Origin: Thermoanaerobaculia bacterium
Lineage (GTDB): Bacteria > Acidobacteriota > Thermoanaerobaculia > Gp7-AA8
DNA: 30,507 nt
Direction of reading: 5' to 3'
Assembly (NCBI GenBank): GCA_036382495.1
Contig: DASVHS010000314.1
Location: 1-30,507, forward strand
The translations under genes were made by a program, and so were the position numbers. Positions 17,998 to 27,859 of this stretch are shown here, one piece after another. Numbering within the stretch: position 1 is the first letter of the stretch; each line of letters begins with the position of its first letter. A model generated the notes under the pieces. It had not been told where the DNA came from and ran no database searches. It saw only the letters and a program-made list of their open reading frames with translations.

Positions 17998-19071
17998 ATG
18001 GCCCGAAGGAAAACAATCGGCATTCTCACTGGTGGCGGCGACTGTCCCGGCTTGAACGCGGTCATTCGCGCGGCCGCCCGCACCGCCATCCACGACTACG
18101 ACTTTGACGTCCTCGGCATCCAGCTCGGCTTTGAAGGACTCATGACGGGCTCGACCATTCCCCTGACCTCGGAATCGATCCGCGGCATCCTCCCGAAAGG
18201 GGGAACGCTGCTCCGGACCACCAATCGCGGGAATCCGTTCGAGTTTCCCAACGAGAAGGGTGAGAAGGAAGACCGCTCCGCCGCCGTCCTCGAAACGGTC
18301 GAGCGTCTCGGCATCGAAGGGATCATCGCGATCGGCGGCGACGGAACGCTGAAGATCGCACAGCGCCTTGCGGACATGGGTCTGCCGATGGTCGCCGTTC
18401 CGAAGACGATCGACAACGACCTCGCCGCGACCGATTACACGTTCGGATTCATGACCGCCGTCGCCGTCGCGACCGACGCGGTCGACCGGCTGCATACGAC
18501 CGCCGAGAGTCACGACCGCGTGATGATCCTCGAGGTCATGGGCCGCAACTGCGGCTGGATCGCGCTTTACTCGGGGTTGGCGGGAGGGGCCGACATCATC
18601 CTCATCCCCGAGGTTGCGTACAAACCGGAGCACATCGTCAATTCGATTCGTGAGAGACAGAGCGAGGGATCGCAGTTCGACATCATCGTCGTCGCCGAAG
18701 GGGCGAAGCGCGAGGGCGGCGAGGAGAGCTATCTCGACAAGGCATCGCGGCGGCTTGGCGGCATCGCGTATCAGGTCGCGGCCGACATCGCCCAGTTCAT
18801 CGAGCTCGAAATCCGCGTCACCGTCCTGGGGCACATTCAGAGAGGCGGATCGCCGATCGCATTCGACCGCATCCTGGCGACGCGATTCGGCAAGGCCGCC
18901 GCCGACCTCGTCGCGCGCGGCGAGTTCGGGCGCATGGTCGCGTACCGCGAGGAAAAAATCATCTCGGTCCCGATCCGGGACGCTATCTCGAGACCGAAGC
19001 GCGTCAACCCGGATGGGGAGATGGTGGCCACGGCGCGCTCGCTCGGGATTTCGTTTGGAGATGGGCGATGA
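17998..19071 (+). CDS. pfkA: 6-phosphofructokinase (PfkA family, mixed-substrate group, likely ATP-dependent)
   Basis: TGGGDCPGLN, IGGDGT, PKTIDND, EVMGR and LGHIQRGG motifs. Confidence 0.94.
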   Translation: MARRKTIGILTGGGDCPGLNAVIRAAARTAIHDYDFDVLGIQLGFEGLMTGSTIPLTSESIRGILPKGGTLLRTTNRGNPFEFPNEKGEKEDRSAAVLETVERLGIEGIIAIGGDGTLKIAQRLADMGLPMVAVPKTIDNDLAATDYTFGFMTAVAVATDAVDRLHTTAESHDRVMILEVMGRNCGWIALYSGLAGGADIILIPEVAYKPEHIVNSIRERQSEGSQFDIIVVAEGAKREGGEESYLDKASRRLGGIAYQVAADIAQFIELEIRVTVLGHIQRGGSPIAFDRILATRFGKAAADLVARGEFGRMVAYREEKIISVPIRDAISRPKRVNPDGEMVATARSLGISFGDGR

Positions 19072-19118
19072 AAGGCCTTGCTTTACAATCCGCGCGATTG
19101 AAACAAGAGGGAGCACTC

Positions 19119-19919
19119 ATGGCAGGCAATCTGATTGACTACAGAGTTGAAAAAGGCGTGGCGATCTTCGAGCTGAACGATCCGCCCGCGAACACCTACA
19201 CGTACGAAATGAACAAGGAGCTCGACACGTGCATCCTCAACGCGAGGATGGACGACGCCGTGCATGTGATCGTGATGCGCGGCGCGGGCGACAAGTTCTT
19301 CTCGGCCGGCGCGAACATCAAGATGCTCTCGGAGGTCACTCCGGGGTTCAAGTACATGTTCTGCCTGCACGCGAATGAAACGCTTCTCCGGTTCGAGCAC
19401 ACGCCGAAGCTCGTCATCGCCGCGCTCAACGGTCACACGGTCGGCGGCGGGCTGGAGATCGCCATGGCGGCCGACATCCGCATCGCGAAAAAAGGCGCGG
19501 GCAAAGTCGGTTTGCCGGAAGTCTCGCTGGGAGTGCTGCCCGGTACGGGCGGGACCCAGCGGCTGTCGCGCATCGTTGGGAAGTCGAAGGCCATCGAGAA
19601 GATGATCGAAGGCAACCTCTTCGAGTTCGAGGAAGCCCTCGACCTCGGCATCGTCAACTACGTGTGGCCCGAGGAAGAGAACGGGAAGAAGTGGTGGGAT
19701 CGGGTGATGGAGTATGCGTGGAGTTTCTGCCCGCCGAACAAGGCTGCCAAAGCCGTCGGCCGCATCAAGCGCGCCGTGCAGACGGGCTGGGAAATCCCGA
19801 TCGAAGCAGCGCTCGGCCTCGAGCGCGAGTTGCAGCAGCAACTCTTCCAGAGCGAAGACGCAAAGGAAGGCCTCGGCGCGTACAACCAGAAGAGAAAGCC
19901 GGCGTTCGCCGGGAAATAG
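19119..19919 (+). CDS. Enoyl-CoA hydratase/isomerase (crotonase) family protein
   Basis: FSAGANI, GGGLEIAMAADIR and LPEVSLGVLPGTGGTQRL motifs. Start moved to ATG 19119 (GAGGGAG SD; TACAAT at 19084). Confidence 0.93.
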   Translation: MAGNLIDYRVEKGVAIFELNDPPANTYTYEMNKELDTCILNARMDDAVHVIVMRGAGDKFFSAGANIKMLSEVTPGFKYMFCLHANETLLRFEHTPKLVIAALNGHTVGGGLEIAMAADIRIAKKGAGKVGLPEVSLGVLPGTGGTQRLSRIVGKSKAIEKMIEGNLFEFEEALDLGIVNYVWPEEENGKKWWDRVMEYAWSFCPPNKAAKAVGRIKRAVQTGWEIPIEAALGLERELQQQLFQSEDAKEGLGAYNQKRKPAFAGK

Positions 19920-19976
19920 TTACCGGTGCCCGGTTGCCGGTAGTCCCTTGGGCACCGGGCACCGGCAACAGGTAAC
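19919..19976. repeat. Palindromic heptamer element, GTTRCCG family
   Basis: gttaccg gtgcccg gttgccg ... cgggcac cggcaac aggtaac. Confidence 0.9.
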
Positions 19977-19985
19977 ATTCTTTGT

Positions 19986-21101
19986 ATGCGCTTCCGCAAA
20001 CTTCACGGCACCGACCTCCAGGTATCCGAGCTCGGCTTCGGCACGTGGACGCTCACGACCGGGTGGTGGGGGACTTACACCGATGCCGAAGGGCAGCAGC
20101 TGATCCGGAGTGCGATCGATCGCGGGATCAATTACATCGATACGGCCGACGCGTACGGCAACGGGCGCGGCGAGACGGTGCTCGCGCCGATTCTTCGCGA
20201 TCATCCCGACACGATTGTCGGCACGAAGTTCGGCTACGATTTCTACAACAATCCTGAGCGGCCGCGCGGTCAGCGCGAGCTGCCGCAGGACATGTCGCCG
20301 AAGTTCATCCGCTTCGCGCTCGAGCAGTCGCTGAAACGACTGGGCACCGATCACGTCTCGATCTACCAGCCGCACAACCCGCGCGTCGACGTGCTGATGC
20401 AGGATGAGCATTGGGACACACTCGAGTCGCTGAAGCGCGAAGGGAAAATTCTCGCGTACGGACCGTCGCTCGGTCCGGCGATCGGCTGGCGCGACGAGGG
20501 GATTTACGCGAACGCCATGCGCAAGGCGCCGGTCACGCAGATGATCTACAACGTGCTGGAGCAGGATCCGGGACGCGAATTCATTCTGGCCGCGCAGCGC
20601 GGTGAGTCCTATGGCGCGGTCGCCGAATCGATGAAGGCGCAGACGGGAAAGAAAGTCTGCGAGCCGACGACCGCGTTCGATCCGGCATTCCGAGCGTGGA
20701 AGGCCGACACGACCTCGCAGTTCCTGATCCGCGTCACGCATTCGTCGGGGATGCTGGAGGGGCAGTACACGCTCGACACGAAGTTCGATGAGACCGATCA
20801 CCGTTCCCATCGTCCGCGTTCCTGGCTTGTCGAGGGACTGCAGAAAATCGAGCGTATCGAGCCGCTGCGCAAAGAGCGCGGCGTGACGATCAGCCAGTTC
20901 GCGCTGCTGTGGCTCTACGCGCATCGCTCGATGCTGTCGGCCCTGCCGAACATCTACAACGAGCAGCAGATCGAGGAGTTCGTCTCGGCGTCGGAACACG
21001 CGCCGCTGACCGATGGGGAGATGGAGCGGGTACACTCGATGTACGTCCGCAACTTCGACATCACTCGATACGTCGAGGAGCCGGCCGCCGCGCGTGCGTA
21101 A
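19986..21101 (+). CDS. Aldo/keto reductase
   Basis: SELGFGTW, IDTADAYG, TKFG, SLKRLGTD and YQPHNP motifs. Confidence 0.92.
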   Translation: MRFRKLHGTDLQVSELGFGTWTLTTGWWGTYTDAEGQQLIRSAIDRGINYIDTADAYGNGRGETVLAPILRDHPDTIVGTKFGYDFYNNPERPRGQRELPQDMSPKFIRFALEQSLKRLGTDHVSIYQPHNPRVDVLMQDEHWDTLESLKREGKILAYGPSLGPAIGWRDEGIYANAMRKAPVTQMIYNVLEQDPGREFILAAQRGESYGAVAESMKAQTGKKVCEPTTAFDPAFRAWKADTTSQFLIRVTHSSGMLEGQYTLDTKFDETDHRSHRPRSWLVEGLQKIERIEPLRKERGVTISQFALLWLYAHRSMLSALPNIYNEQQIEEFVSASEHAPLTDGEMERVHSMYVRNFDITRYVEEPAAARA

Positions 21102-22650
21102 TGGCGCAGGGGCGGCGCTTCTCCTTCTTCTGATCATCGTCGTCGTCGCGCTGGCGATCGGGAGCGTGCGTCTCGACAGCGCCACTTCCGACGAGCCGGC
21201 GTACATGGCCACGGGGATGATCAAGCTCGTCGACGGCCGGCTCGACTATTTTCGCGACGAGCCGCCGCTCATGAACTCGTTGAGCGCGCTGCCGCTTGTC
21301 ATCGCCGGCTACCGTCTGCCGCCGTTCTGGAACCTGCAGAGCGATCACTGGGCGGTCGGGCGGCGGTGGCTGTGGCGATCCGGTCTCGACGGCGATTCGC
21401 TGCTGTTTCTGGCGCGGTTGCCGACCATCGCGTTGTTCATCGCGTTGATCATCACGATGTACTGGTTCGTCCTGCGCGAGACGCAGAACGCCGCGTGCGC
21501 GCTCGCGGCCGCTGCGCTCACCGGCTTCTGTCCGAACCTCATGGCTCATGGACGCCTGGCGACCGTGGATCTGGCGATGAGCTTCTTCACGTTCGCTGCG
21601 ACGGCGCTGTTCATCATCGTGATCGAGACGGGGTCGCTACCTGCCGCGATCGGAATGGGTGCCGCATCCGCCGCCGCCATTCTGTCGAAGACGTCCGCGA
21701 ACATCCTCGGGCCGTACTTTCTGGTTCTGCTCATTGCTGCGCTGATCGTTCGACCGAACCGCAAACAGATCGTCACGCGCTTTGCCGTCGCAGTATTTTC
21801 GGCACTCGTCTTCGCGGAGATTTTCATTCTGGCCGAGGCCAGGACGTGGGATGTGACGCGGCCGTTTGTGGAGTACGCGGCGAATCTGCGCGCGATTCAC
21901 GGCTGGTACTGGCAGGGTCACACGCTGCCGCAATTTCTGATGGGGCATTTCTCGACGAGCGGATTTCCGGAGTATTACTTTGTCGCGTTTCTGCTGAAGA
22001 CGACGATTCCGGCGCTGTTGCTGTTTCTGGCAGCGCTTGTCGTTCGCGCGCGGTCGTTCGCGTTCTTCGCGCTCCTGTCGTTCGTCGTTCTATTTCTGGC
22101 GATCGCCGCCGCCGGGCATCTCGATCTCGGGATTCGATATGTGTTGCCCGTCTATCCGTTCGTGTATGCGGCGACAGCGATTGCGCTGCGCGACCTTGCC
22201 CATCCGCTCTTCATCGTTGCTGCCTTGCTGATTGTCTGGCACGCGGGCGAGAATCTCGTCGCGTATCCCAACTACATCAGCTACTTCAACGAACTGATCG
22301 GCTCGAGGCGCAATGCCGACCAGTTTCTGATCGATTCGAATCTCGACTGGGGGCAGGATCTGCGTCGCCTCGATCGCTGGTGCAGCGCGCATCGTGTCGC
22401 GAACATCACGCTGCATTACTTCGGCGGCGCGGATCCCGCGTACGACATGCAATCGGCGAAGCCGGTTCTTCTGCGCGGACCGGGTTACGGACCGCTGCCC
22501 AGGGGTTACTTCGCGCTCAGCCGTCATCTCTATCGCGTGAGCTTTGCGCCGGGTATCTGGCCCGTCGACTACGACCGCTATCTCGCCGCGAATCACGCTC
22601 GTTACGTGACGACGGTCGGCGGTTCCATCAACGTCTATGCGATCGAGTGA
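21094..22650 (+). CDS. GT-C fold membrane glycosyltransferase (PMT/ArnT-like), copy 1
   Basis: SATSDEPAY acidic loop, multiple TM helices and DSNLDWGQDL motif; probable GTG start at 21094. Confidence 0.85.
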   Translation: MRNGAGAALLLLLIIVVVALAIGSVRLDSATSDEPAYMATGMIKLVDGRLDYFRDEPPLMNSLSALPLVIAGYRLPPFWNLQSDHWAVGRRWLWRSGLDGDSLLFLARLPTIALFIALIITMYWFVLRETQNAACALAAAALTGFCPNLMAHGRLATVDLAMSFFTFAATALFIIVIETGSLPAAIGMGAASAAAILSKTSANILGPYFLVLLIAALIVRPNRKQIVTRFAVAVFSALVFAEIFILAEARTWDVTRPFVEYAANLRAIHGWYWQGHTLPQFLMGHFSTSGFPEYYFVAFLLKTTIPALLLFLAALVVRARSFAFFALLSFVVLFLAIAAAGHLDLGIRYVLPVYPFVYAATAIALRDLAHPLFIVAALLIVWHAGENLVAYPNYISYFNELIGSRRNADQFLIDSNLDWGQDLRRLDRWCSAHRVANITLHYFGGADPAYDMQSAKPVLLRGPGYGPLPRGYFALSRHLYRVSFAPGIWPVDYDRYLAANHARYVTTVGGSINVYAIE

Positions 22651-24232
22651 CATCGCGCTTGTCGCGCTCGTGGTCATCGTGGTCGCGCTGGCGATCGGAA
22701 GCGTGCGACTCGACAGCGCGACGGCCGACGAGCCCGCGCACATCGCGAACGGCGTGATCAAGCTGACCGAAGGATGGCCGAACTTTTTTCGCGAACAGCC
22801 GCCGCTCATGAATTCACTGAGCGCGGTGCCGGTCGTGCTGGCCGGATATCGAGTGCCGCCGGGGTGGAAAGGGCAGGACCACTGGGTCGTGGGCCGGCGA
22901 TTCCTGTACTACAGCGGATTCGACGCGCATCGCATTCTTTTTCTGGCGCGCCTTCCGACGATCGCGCTGTTCGCGGCGCTGTGCGTCGTGATGTACGTGT
23001 TCGTGTTGGGGCAGACCGGCAGCCGGGCCTGGGCCCTGTTCGCGTCGGCGCTGACCGGCTTCTGCCCGAATCTGATGGCGCATGCGCGGCTGGCCACCGT
23101 CGATTTCGCGCTGACGTTCTTCGCGTTCAGTGCCGCCGTGTTGTTCATCGCCCTGATCGTGCGTCCGCGGATCACGACCGCGATTCTGCTCGGTGTCGTC
23201 ACCGCCGCCGCCGCGCTCTCGAAAATCTCCGGCCTGGTCCTCGGTCCGTACTTTGTGGCGCTCCTGATCCTCGCGTTTGCGATGCGCCGCGTCGACGATC
23301 CGAAGCGGCTCATGAAAATGCTGGCGATCGCCGCCGTCGCCGCACTGCTCTTCTTCGAAGCGTTCATGCTGCTCGAGACGAGCGCGGCGTACGCGCGCGA
23401 GCAGTACCCGACGACACCGCGCCTGCTCGTCCCGTTCGCCGAATACATTGCAAACGTTCAGACGATCCGCACCTGGTACACGCGCGGCCACAGCCTCCCG
23501 CAATTCCTCCTCGGCCGCTTTTCGTACGACAGCTGGCCGGAGTATTACCCCGTCGCGTTTCTCCTGAAGACGACACTGCCGGCGATCGTGTTGTTCGTGA
23601 TCACGCTCGTTGTCGGCATCCGCAGGCGGTCGTACGAATTTCTCGCGCTGCTGGCTTTCGTGGCCATCTTCATGATCATCGCCGCGACCGGCCACCTCGC
23701 GCTCGGCATCCGCTACGTGTTGCCGATCTATCCATTCATCTACGCGGCGACGGTGATCGCGCTCAACAATGCGCAATTCCGCAAGAGTGGTTTGATCTTC
23801 GTTACCGCACTCTGCTTGTGGCACATCGGAGAGAACTTCATCACCTACCCGGCTTACATCCCTTACTTCAACGAGTTGATCGGCAGCCGCGCCAACGCCG
23901 ACAGGTTCCTCATCGATTCGAATCTCGACTGGGGTCAGGACCTGCGTCGTCTCGACGCGTGGTGTCGTGACAATAAAGTATCAGCAATTACCGTGCACTA
24001 TTTCGGTGGAGGAGATGTCGACTACGACGTCCGCTCGGCGAAGCCGCTCATCCTCTACGCGCCGCGGCCCGGGCTTCTGCCGAAGGGTTACTTCGCGCTC
24101 AGCCGGCACTTCTATCGATTGAGTTTCTACCAGCCGCTGTTTGGAATCGACTACGAGACGTATCTTGCCGCCTCGCGTGCGCGATACGTGACGACGATCG
24201 GCGGCTCGATCAACATTTATCGCGTGGAGTAG
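22637..24232 (+). CDS. GT-C fold membrane glycosyltransferase (PMT/ArnT-like), copy 2
   Basis: SATADEPAH and DSNLDWGQDL motifs; colinear with copy 1. Confidence 0.87.
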   Translation: MRSSDIALVALVVIVVALAIGSVRLDSATADEPAHIANGVIKLTEGWPNFFREQPPLMNSLSAVPVVLAGYRVPPGWKGQDHWVVGRRFLYYSGFDAHRILFLARLPTIALFAALCVVMYVFVLGQTGSRAWALFASALTGFCPNLMAHARLATVDFALTFFAFSAAVLFIALIVRPRITTAILLGVVTAAAALSKISGLVLGPYFVALLILAFAMRRVDDPKRLMKMLAIAAVAALLFFEAFMLLETSAAYAREQYPTTPRLLVPFAEYIANVQTIRTWYTRGHSLPQFLLGRFSYDSWPEYYPVAFLLKTTLPAIVLFVITLVVGIRRRSYEFLALLAFVAIFMIIAATGHLALGIRYVLPIYPFIYAATVIALNNAQFRKSGLIFVTALCLWHIGENFITYPAYIPYFNELIGSRANADRFLIDSNLDWGQDLRRLDAWCRDNKVSAITVHYFGGGDVDYDVRSAKPLILYAPRPGLLPKGYFALSRHFYRLSFYQPLFGIDYETYLAASRARYVTTIGGSINIYRVE

Positions 24233-24243
24233 ACTCGCGCGCC

Positions 24244-25689
24244 ATGATGCAGAACAAGCTGTTCATCAACGGCGAGTTCGTCGACGCCCGCAGCGGCGAG
24301 ACGTTCCCGACTTCCAATCCCGCCACCGAAGAGAAGATCACCGACGTTGCCTCGGCCGGCGTTGCCGACGTCGACGCTGCCGTCAAAGCGGCGCGCGCCC
24401 AGATGGAGCCGGGCTCGGAATGGCAGAAGATGAAGCCGCGCGACCGCGCGAAAGTCATGTGGCGCATCGCCGACATGCTCACCGCGAAGGCCGAGGAGAT
24501 CGGGCGGATCGAGACGATCGATAACGGGAAGCCGATTTTCGAGTCGCAGTTCGTCGATACGCCGGCCGCGGCCGAGTGCCTCTATTACTTCGCCGGCTGG
24601 TCGGGCAAAGTCACCGGCGACACGATCCCCGTCGCCGACAACGCGTTCACGTACACGCTGCGCGAGCCGGTCGGCGTCGTCGGCGCGATCACGCCGTGGA
24701 ACTTTCCGCTGATGCTCGCCGTGTGGAAGATCGCGCCCGCGCTGGCGTGCGGCAACACGATCGTCATCAAGCCGGCGTCGAATACATCGTTGTCGCTGCT
24801 GAAGTTCGCGGAATACGCGAAAGAGTGCGGATTGCCTGCCGGAGTCCTGAACGTGATCCCGGGCAAAGGCTCGGTTGTCGGCAACGCCATCGTCGATCAT
24901 CCGGGTGTCGATGCGATCGCATTCACAGGATCGACAGAAGTCGGCAAGAGCCTGATGGCGCGCGCGGCGAAGACGCTGAAGAAAGTCTCGCTCGAGCTCG
25001 GAGGCAAATCGCCGAACATCGTGTTCGCCGACGCCGACCTCGAGGCCGCGTCGCGCGGTGCACTCAACGCCATCTTCTACGGCAAGGGCGAAGTCTGCGC
25101 CGCCGGATCGCGGCTGCTCGTCGAAGAATCGATCCACGACGAACTGATGACGAAAATCGCCGAGCGCGCGAACAAGATGGTCGCCGCGGATCCTCTCCAT
25201 CCCAAGACGCGACTCGGTGCGATCGTTTCGAAAGAGCAGATGGACTCGGTGATGAAGTACATCGACGCGGGCAAGAGCGAAGGCGCGAAGCTCATCGCCG
25301 GCGGCGAGCGCGCCGACATCGGCACGGGCAAGGGTTACTTCGTGAAGCCGACGATCTTCACCGACGTGCAGCCGGACATGCGCATCGCCCGTGAAGAAAT
25401 CTTCGGCCCCGTGCTCGCCACGATTCGATTCAAGGATGCCGAGGATGCGATCGCGAAGGGGAATGCGACGGTGTACGGACTGGCGGCCGCCGTCTGGACG
25501 CGCGACATCTCCAAGGCACATCGCATCGCCCGCGCGATCAAAGCGGGCACGGTGTGGATCAACACGTACAACCTCTACGATCCCGCGCTGCCGTTCGGCG
25601 GCTTCAAGGAGTCAGGCTTCGGCCGCGATCAGGGGAAAGATGCGCTGGAAAAGTACACGCAGACAAAATCGGTCTGGGTCAATCTGTAG
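24244..25689 (+). CDS. NAD(P)-dependent aldehyde dehydrogenase
   Basis: ITPWNFP, FTGSTEVG, ELGGKSP, catalytic Cys in GEVCAAGSR, EEIFGPV and PFGGFKESG motifs. Confidence 0.96.
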   Translation: MMQNKLFINGEFVDARSGETFPTSNPATEEKITDVASAGVADVDAAVKAARAQMEPGSEWQKMKPRDRAKVMWRIADMLTAKAEEIGRIETIDNGKPIFESQFVDTPAAAECLYYFAGWSGKVTGDTIPVADNAFTYTLREPVGVVGAITPWNFPLMLAVWKIAPALACGNTIVIKPASNTSLSLLKFAEYAKECGLPAGVLNVIPGKGSVVGNAIVDHPGVDAIAFTGSTEVGKSLMARAAKTLKKVSLELGGKSPNIVFADADLEAASRGALNAIFYGKGEVCAAGSRLLVEESIHDELMTKIAERANKMVAADPLHPKTRLGAIVSKEQMDSVMKYIDAGKSEGAKLIAGGERADIGTGKGYFVKPTIFTDVQPDMRIAREEIFGPVLATIRFKDAEDAIAKGNATVYGLAAAVWTRDISKAHRIARAIKAGTVWINTYNLYDPALPFGGFKESGFGRDQGKDALEKYTQTKSVWVNL

Positions 25690-25719
25690 CCGTCGCACTC
25701 CTATACAATCCCGCCGACT

Positions 25720-26898
25720 ATGAAAAAACAGCTTCTAGTGCTCACGGTTGTCGCGCTTTCCGTCCTGCTTCTCGGCTGTCCTCCGAAAGAGAGTGGCGGC
25801 GGCGGAACATCCGGCGGAGGCAGCACCAGGGAGATTCTCGTCGGCGAATACGGCTCGATGACCGGAGCGCAGGCGACGTTCGGCACGTCGACGCATCAGG
25901 GCGCCGTGCTCGCGGTCGAGCAGGTCAACGCCGCTGGCGGGATCAAGGGTCGCAAAATCAAACTCCTGACCGAAGACGATCAGTCGAAGTCGGAGGAGGC
26001 CGCCAACACCGTCACCAAGCTGATCTCGCAGAACAGCGTCATCGCCGTTCTCGGCGAAGTCGCTTCGTCCGCTTCGATCGCCGCGGCTCCGATCGCTCAG
26101 TCGAATAAGGTGCCGATGATTACGCCGTCCTCGACGAATGAAGCCGTCACAAAGATCGGCGACTACATCTTCCGCATGTGCTTCATCGACAACTATCAGG
26201 GTCCGGTCATGGCGCGGTTCGCCACGCAGACGCTGAAGTCGAAGCGCGGCGCGATCCTCACCGATGTGAAGAACGACTACTCGACCGGTCTCACGAAGGT
26301 CATACGGGAGACGTTCAACACAACCGGCGGCAAGATCGTCGGCGAGCAGAGCTACTCAAACGGCGACAGCGACTTCCACCCGCAGCTGACCACGATCAAG
26401 TCGGAGAATCCCGACGTGATCTTCATCCCCGGCTACTACGGCGACGCCGCGCAGATCGTCAGCCAGGCCCGCGACCTCGGAATCACGGTGCCGTTCGTCG
26501 GCGGCGACGGATGGGAATCGCCGAAACTGCTCGAGATCGGCGGCAAAGCGCTCAACGGCTGCTACTACGCGAACCATTACTTCTCCGGCGATCCCGATCC
26601 GGTCGTCCGCAACTTCGTCACGCAGTATCAGAAGCGCTGGAACGTGGTCCCGGGCGCTCTCGACGCGCTCGGATTCGACGCGGCCAGCGTCCTCGCGGAC
26701 GCGATCAAGCGCGCCGGCACGACCGACGAGCCGAAACTGCGCGACGCCATCGCCAGCACGAAAGACTTCCGCGGAGTGACGGGAAACATCACGCTCGGCC
26801 CGGACCGCAATCCGGTCGGCAAGAAGATCGTCGTCATCGCCATCAAGGATGGACAGCTGACGCTGGCCATGACCATCGATCCGAGCGCGAAGAAGTAA
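25720..26898 (+). CDS. livK: Branched-chain amino acid ABC transporter substrate-binding lipoprotein (LivK/LivJ family)
   Basis: Lipobox LLGC; EDDQSK, PMITPSSTN, FRMCFID and GGDGW motifs; first gene of a livHMGF cluster. Confidence 0.9.
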   Translation: MKKQLLVLTVVALSVLLLGCPPKESGGGGTSGGGSTREILVGEYGSMTGAQATFGTSTHQGAVLAVEQVNAAGGIKGRKIKLLTEDDQSKSEEAANTVTKLISQNSVIAVLGEVASSASIAAAPIAQSNKVPMITPSSTNEAVTKIGDYIFRMCFIDNYQGPVMARFATQTLKSKRGAILTDVKNDYSTGLTKVIRETFNTTGGKIVGEQSYSNGDSDFHPQLTTIKSENPDVIFIPGYYGDAAQIVSQARDLGITVPFVGGDGWESPKLLEIGGKALNGCYYANHYFSGDPDPVVRNFVTQYQKRWNVVPGALDALGFDAASVLADAIKRAGTTDEPKLRDAIASTKDFRGVTGNITLGPDRNPVGKKIVVIAIKDGQLTLAMTIDPSAKK

Positions 26899-26952
26899 CT
26901 CTTTACAACGAACGCGTCCGGCCTGTAGTTTGCGCCGGACCATTTCGTTTGT

Positions 26953-27858
26953 ATGCAGCCACTTCTCCAGAATCTGCTGAATGGCATCGCCTCCGGCGCG
27001 ATCTACGCGCTGATCGCACTCGGGTACACGATGGTGTACGGCATCCTCAAGCTGATCAACTTCGCGCACGGTGACATCTTCATGCTCGGGTCGTTCGTCG
27101 GCTATTACGCCGGCGGATACATGGTCAGGCACATGAACGGCCAGTCGTCGTTCGGCAGCGCGGCGCTCATCCTCCTGCTGTCGATGATCTGCTGCGGGAT
27201 CTTCGGCTTCATCAACGAGCGGGTCGCGTACCGGCCGCTGCGCAACTCACCGCGCATCGCGTCGCTGATCACCGCGATCGGCGTGTCGTTCTTCCTCGAG
27301 TACGGCGGCCAGATGGTGTTCGGCCCCGATCCGAAATTCTTCCCGACGCTGATCCCGAAGAAGATCATCAACTTCGGCGGCATCACCACGACGAACTACC
27401 AGATCATCGTGCTCATCGTCGCCCTGGTGTTCATGGCGCTGCTGCAGTACATCGTCTACGCCACGAAGTTCGGCCGAGCCATGCGCGCGGTCTCGTTCAA
27501 TTTAGAGACCGCCGCGCTGATGGGCATTCCGACCGATCGCATCATCTCGATGACGTTCATCATCGGCTCGACGCTCGCCGGCGTCGCCGGGATCCTGTAC
27601 GGCCTCTCGTATCCGAAGATCGATCCGCTGATGGGCATCATGCCCGGCCTGAAAGCGTTCGTCGCCGCGGTCCTCGGCGGCATCGGCAACGTTCCGGGCG
27701 CGGTGGTGGGTGGCCTGATCATCGGCGTGATCGAGGCGTTCGTCGGCGGCAGCTCGTTCTCGAACTATCGCGACGCGATCGCCTTTGTCATTCTCATTGT
27801 GATTTTGCTTTTCCGACCCTCCGGCCTGTTTGGAAAGTATCAGCCGGAGAAGGTATGA
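26953..27858 (+). CDS. livH: Branched-chain amino acid ABC transporter permease LivH
   Basis: YALIALGYTMVYGILKLINFAHG and GLKAFVAAVLGGIG motifs. Confidence 0.95.
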   Translation: MQPLLQNLLNGIASGAIYALIALGYTMVYGILKLINFAHGDIFMLGSFVGYYAGGYMVRHMNGQSSFGSAALILLLSMICCGIFGFINERVAYRPLRNSPRIASLITAIGVSFFLEYGGQMVFGPDPKFFPTLIPKKIINFGGITTTNYQIIVLIVALVFMALLQYIVYATKFGRAMRAVSFNLETAALMGIPTDRIISMTFIIGSTLAGVAGILYGLSYPKIDPLMGIMPGLKAFVAAVLGGIGNVPGAVVGGLIIGVIEAFVGGSSFSNYRDAIAFVILIVILLFRPSGLFGKYQPEKV

Positions 27859-27859
27859 A

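Noticed and set aside
19119-25689. Enoyl-CoA hydratase, AKR and ALDH as one catabolic pathway
   Set aside because: Each has its own -10-like box, the glycosyltransferases intervene, and no CoA ligase, oxygenase or thiolase is present to define a pathway.
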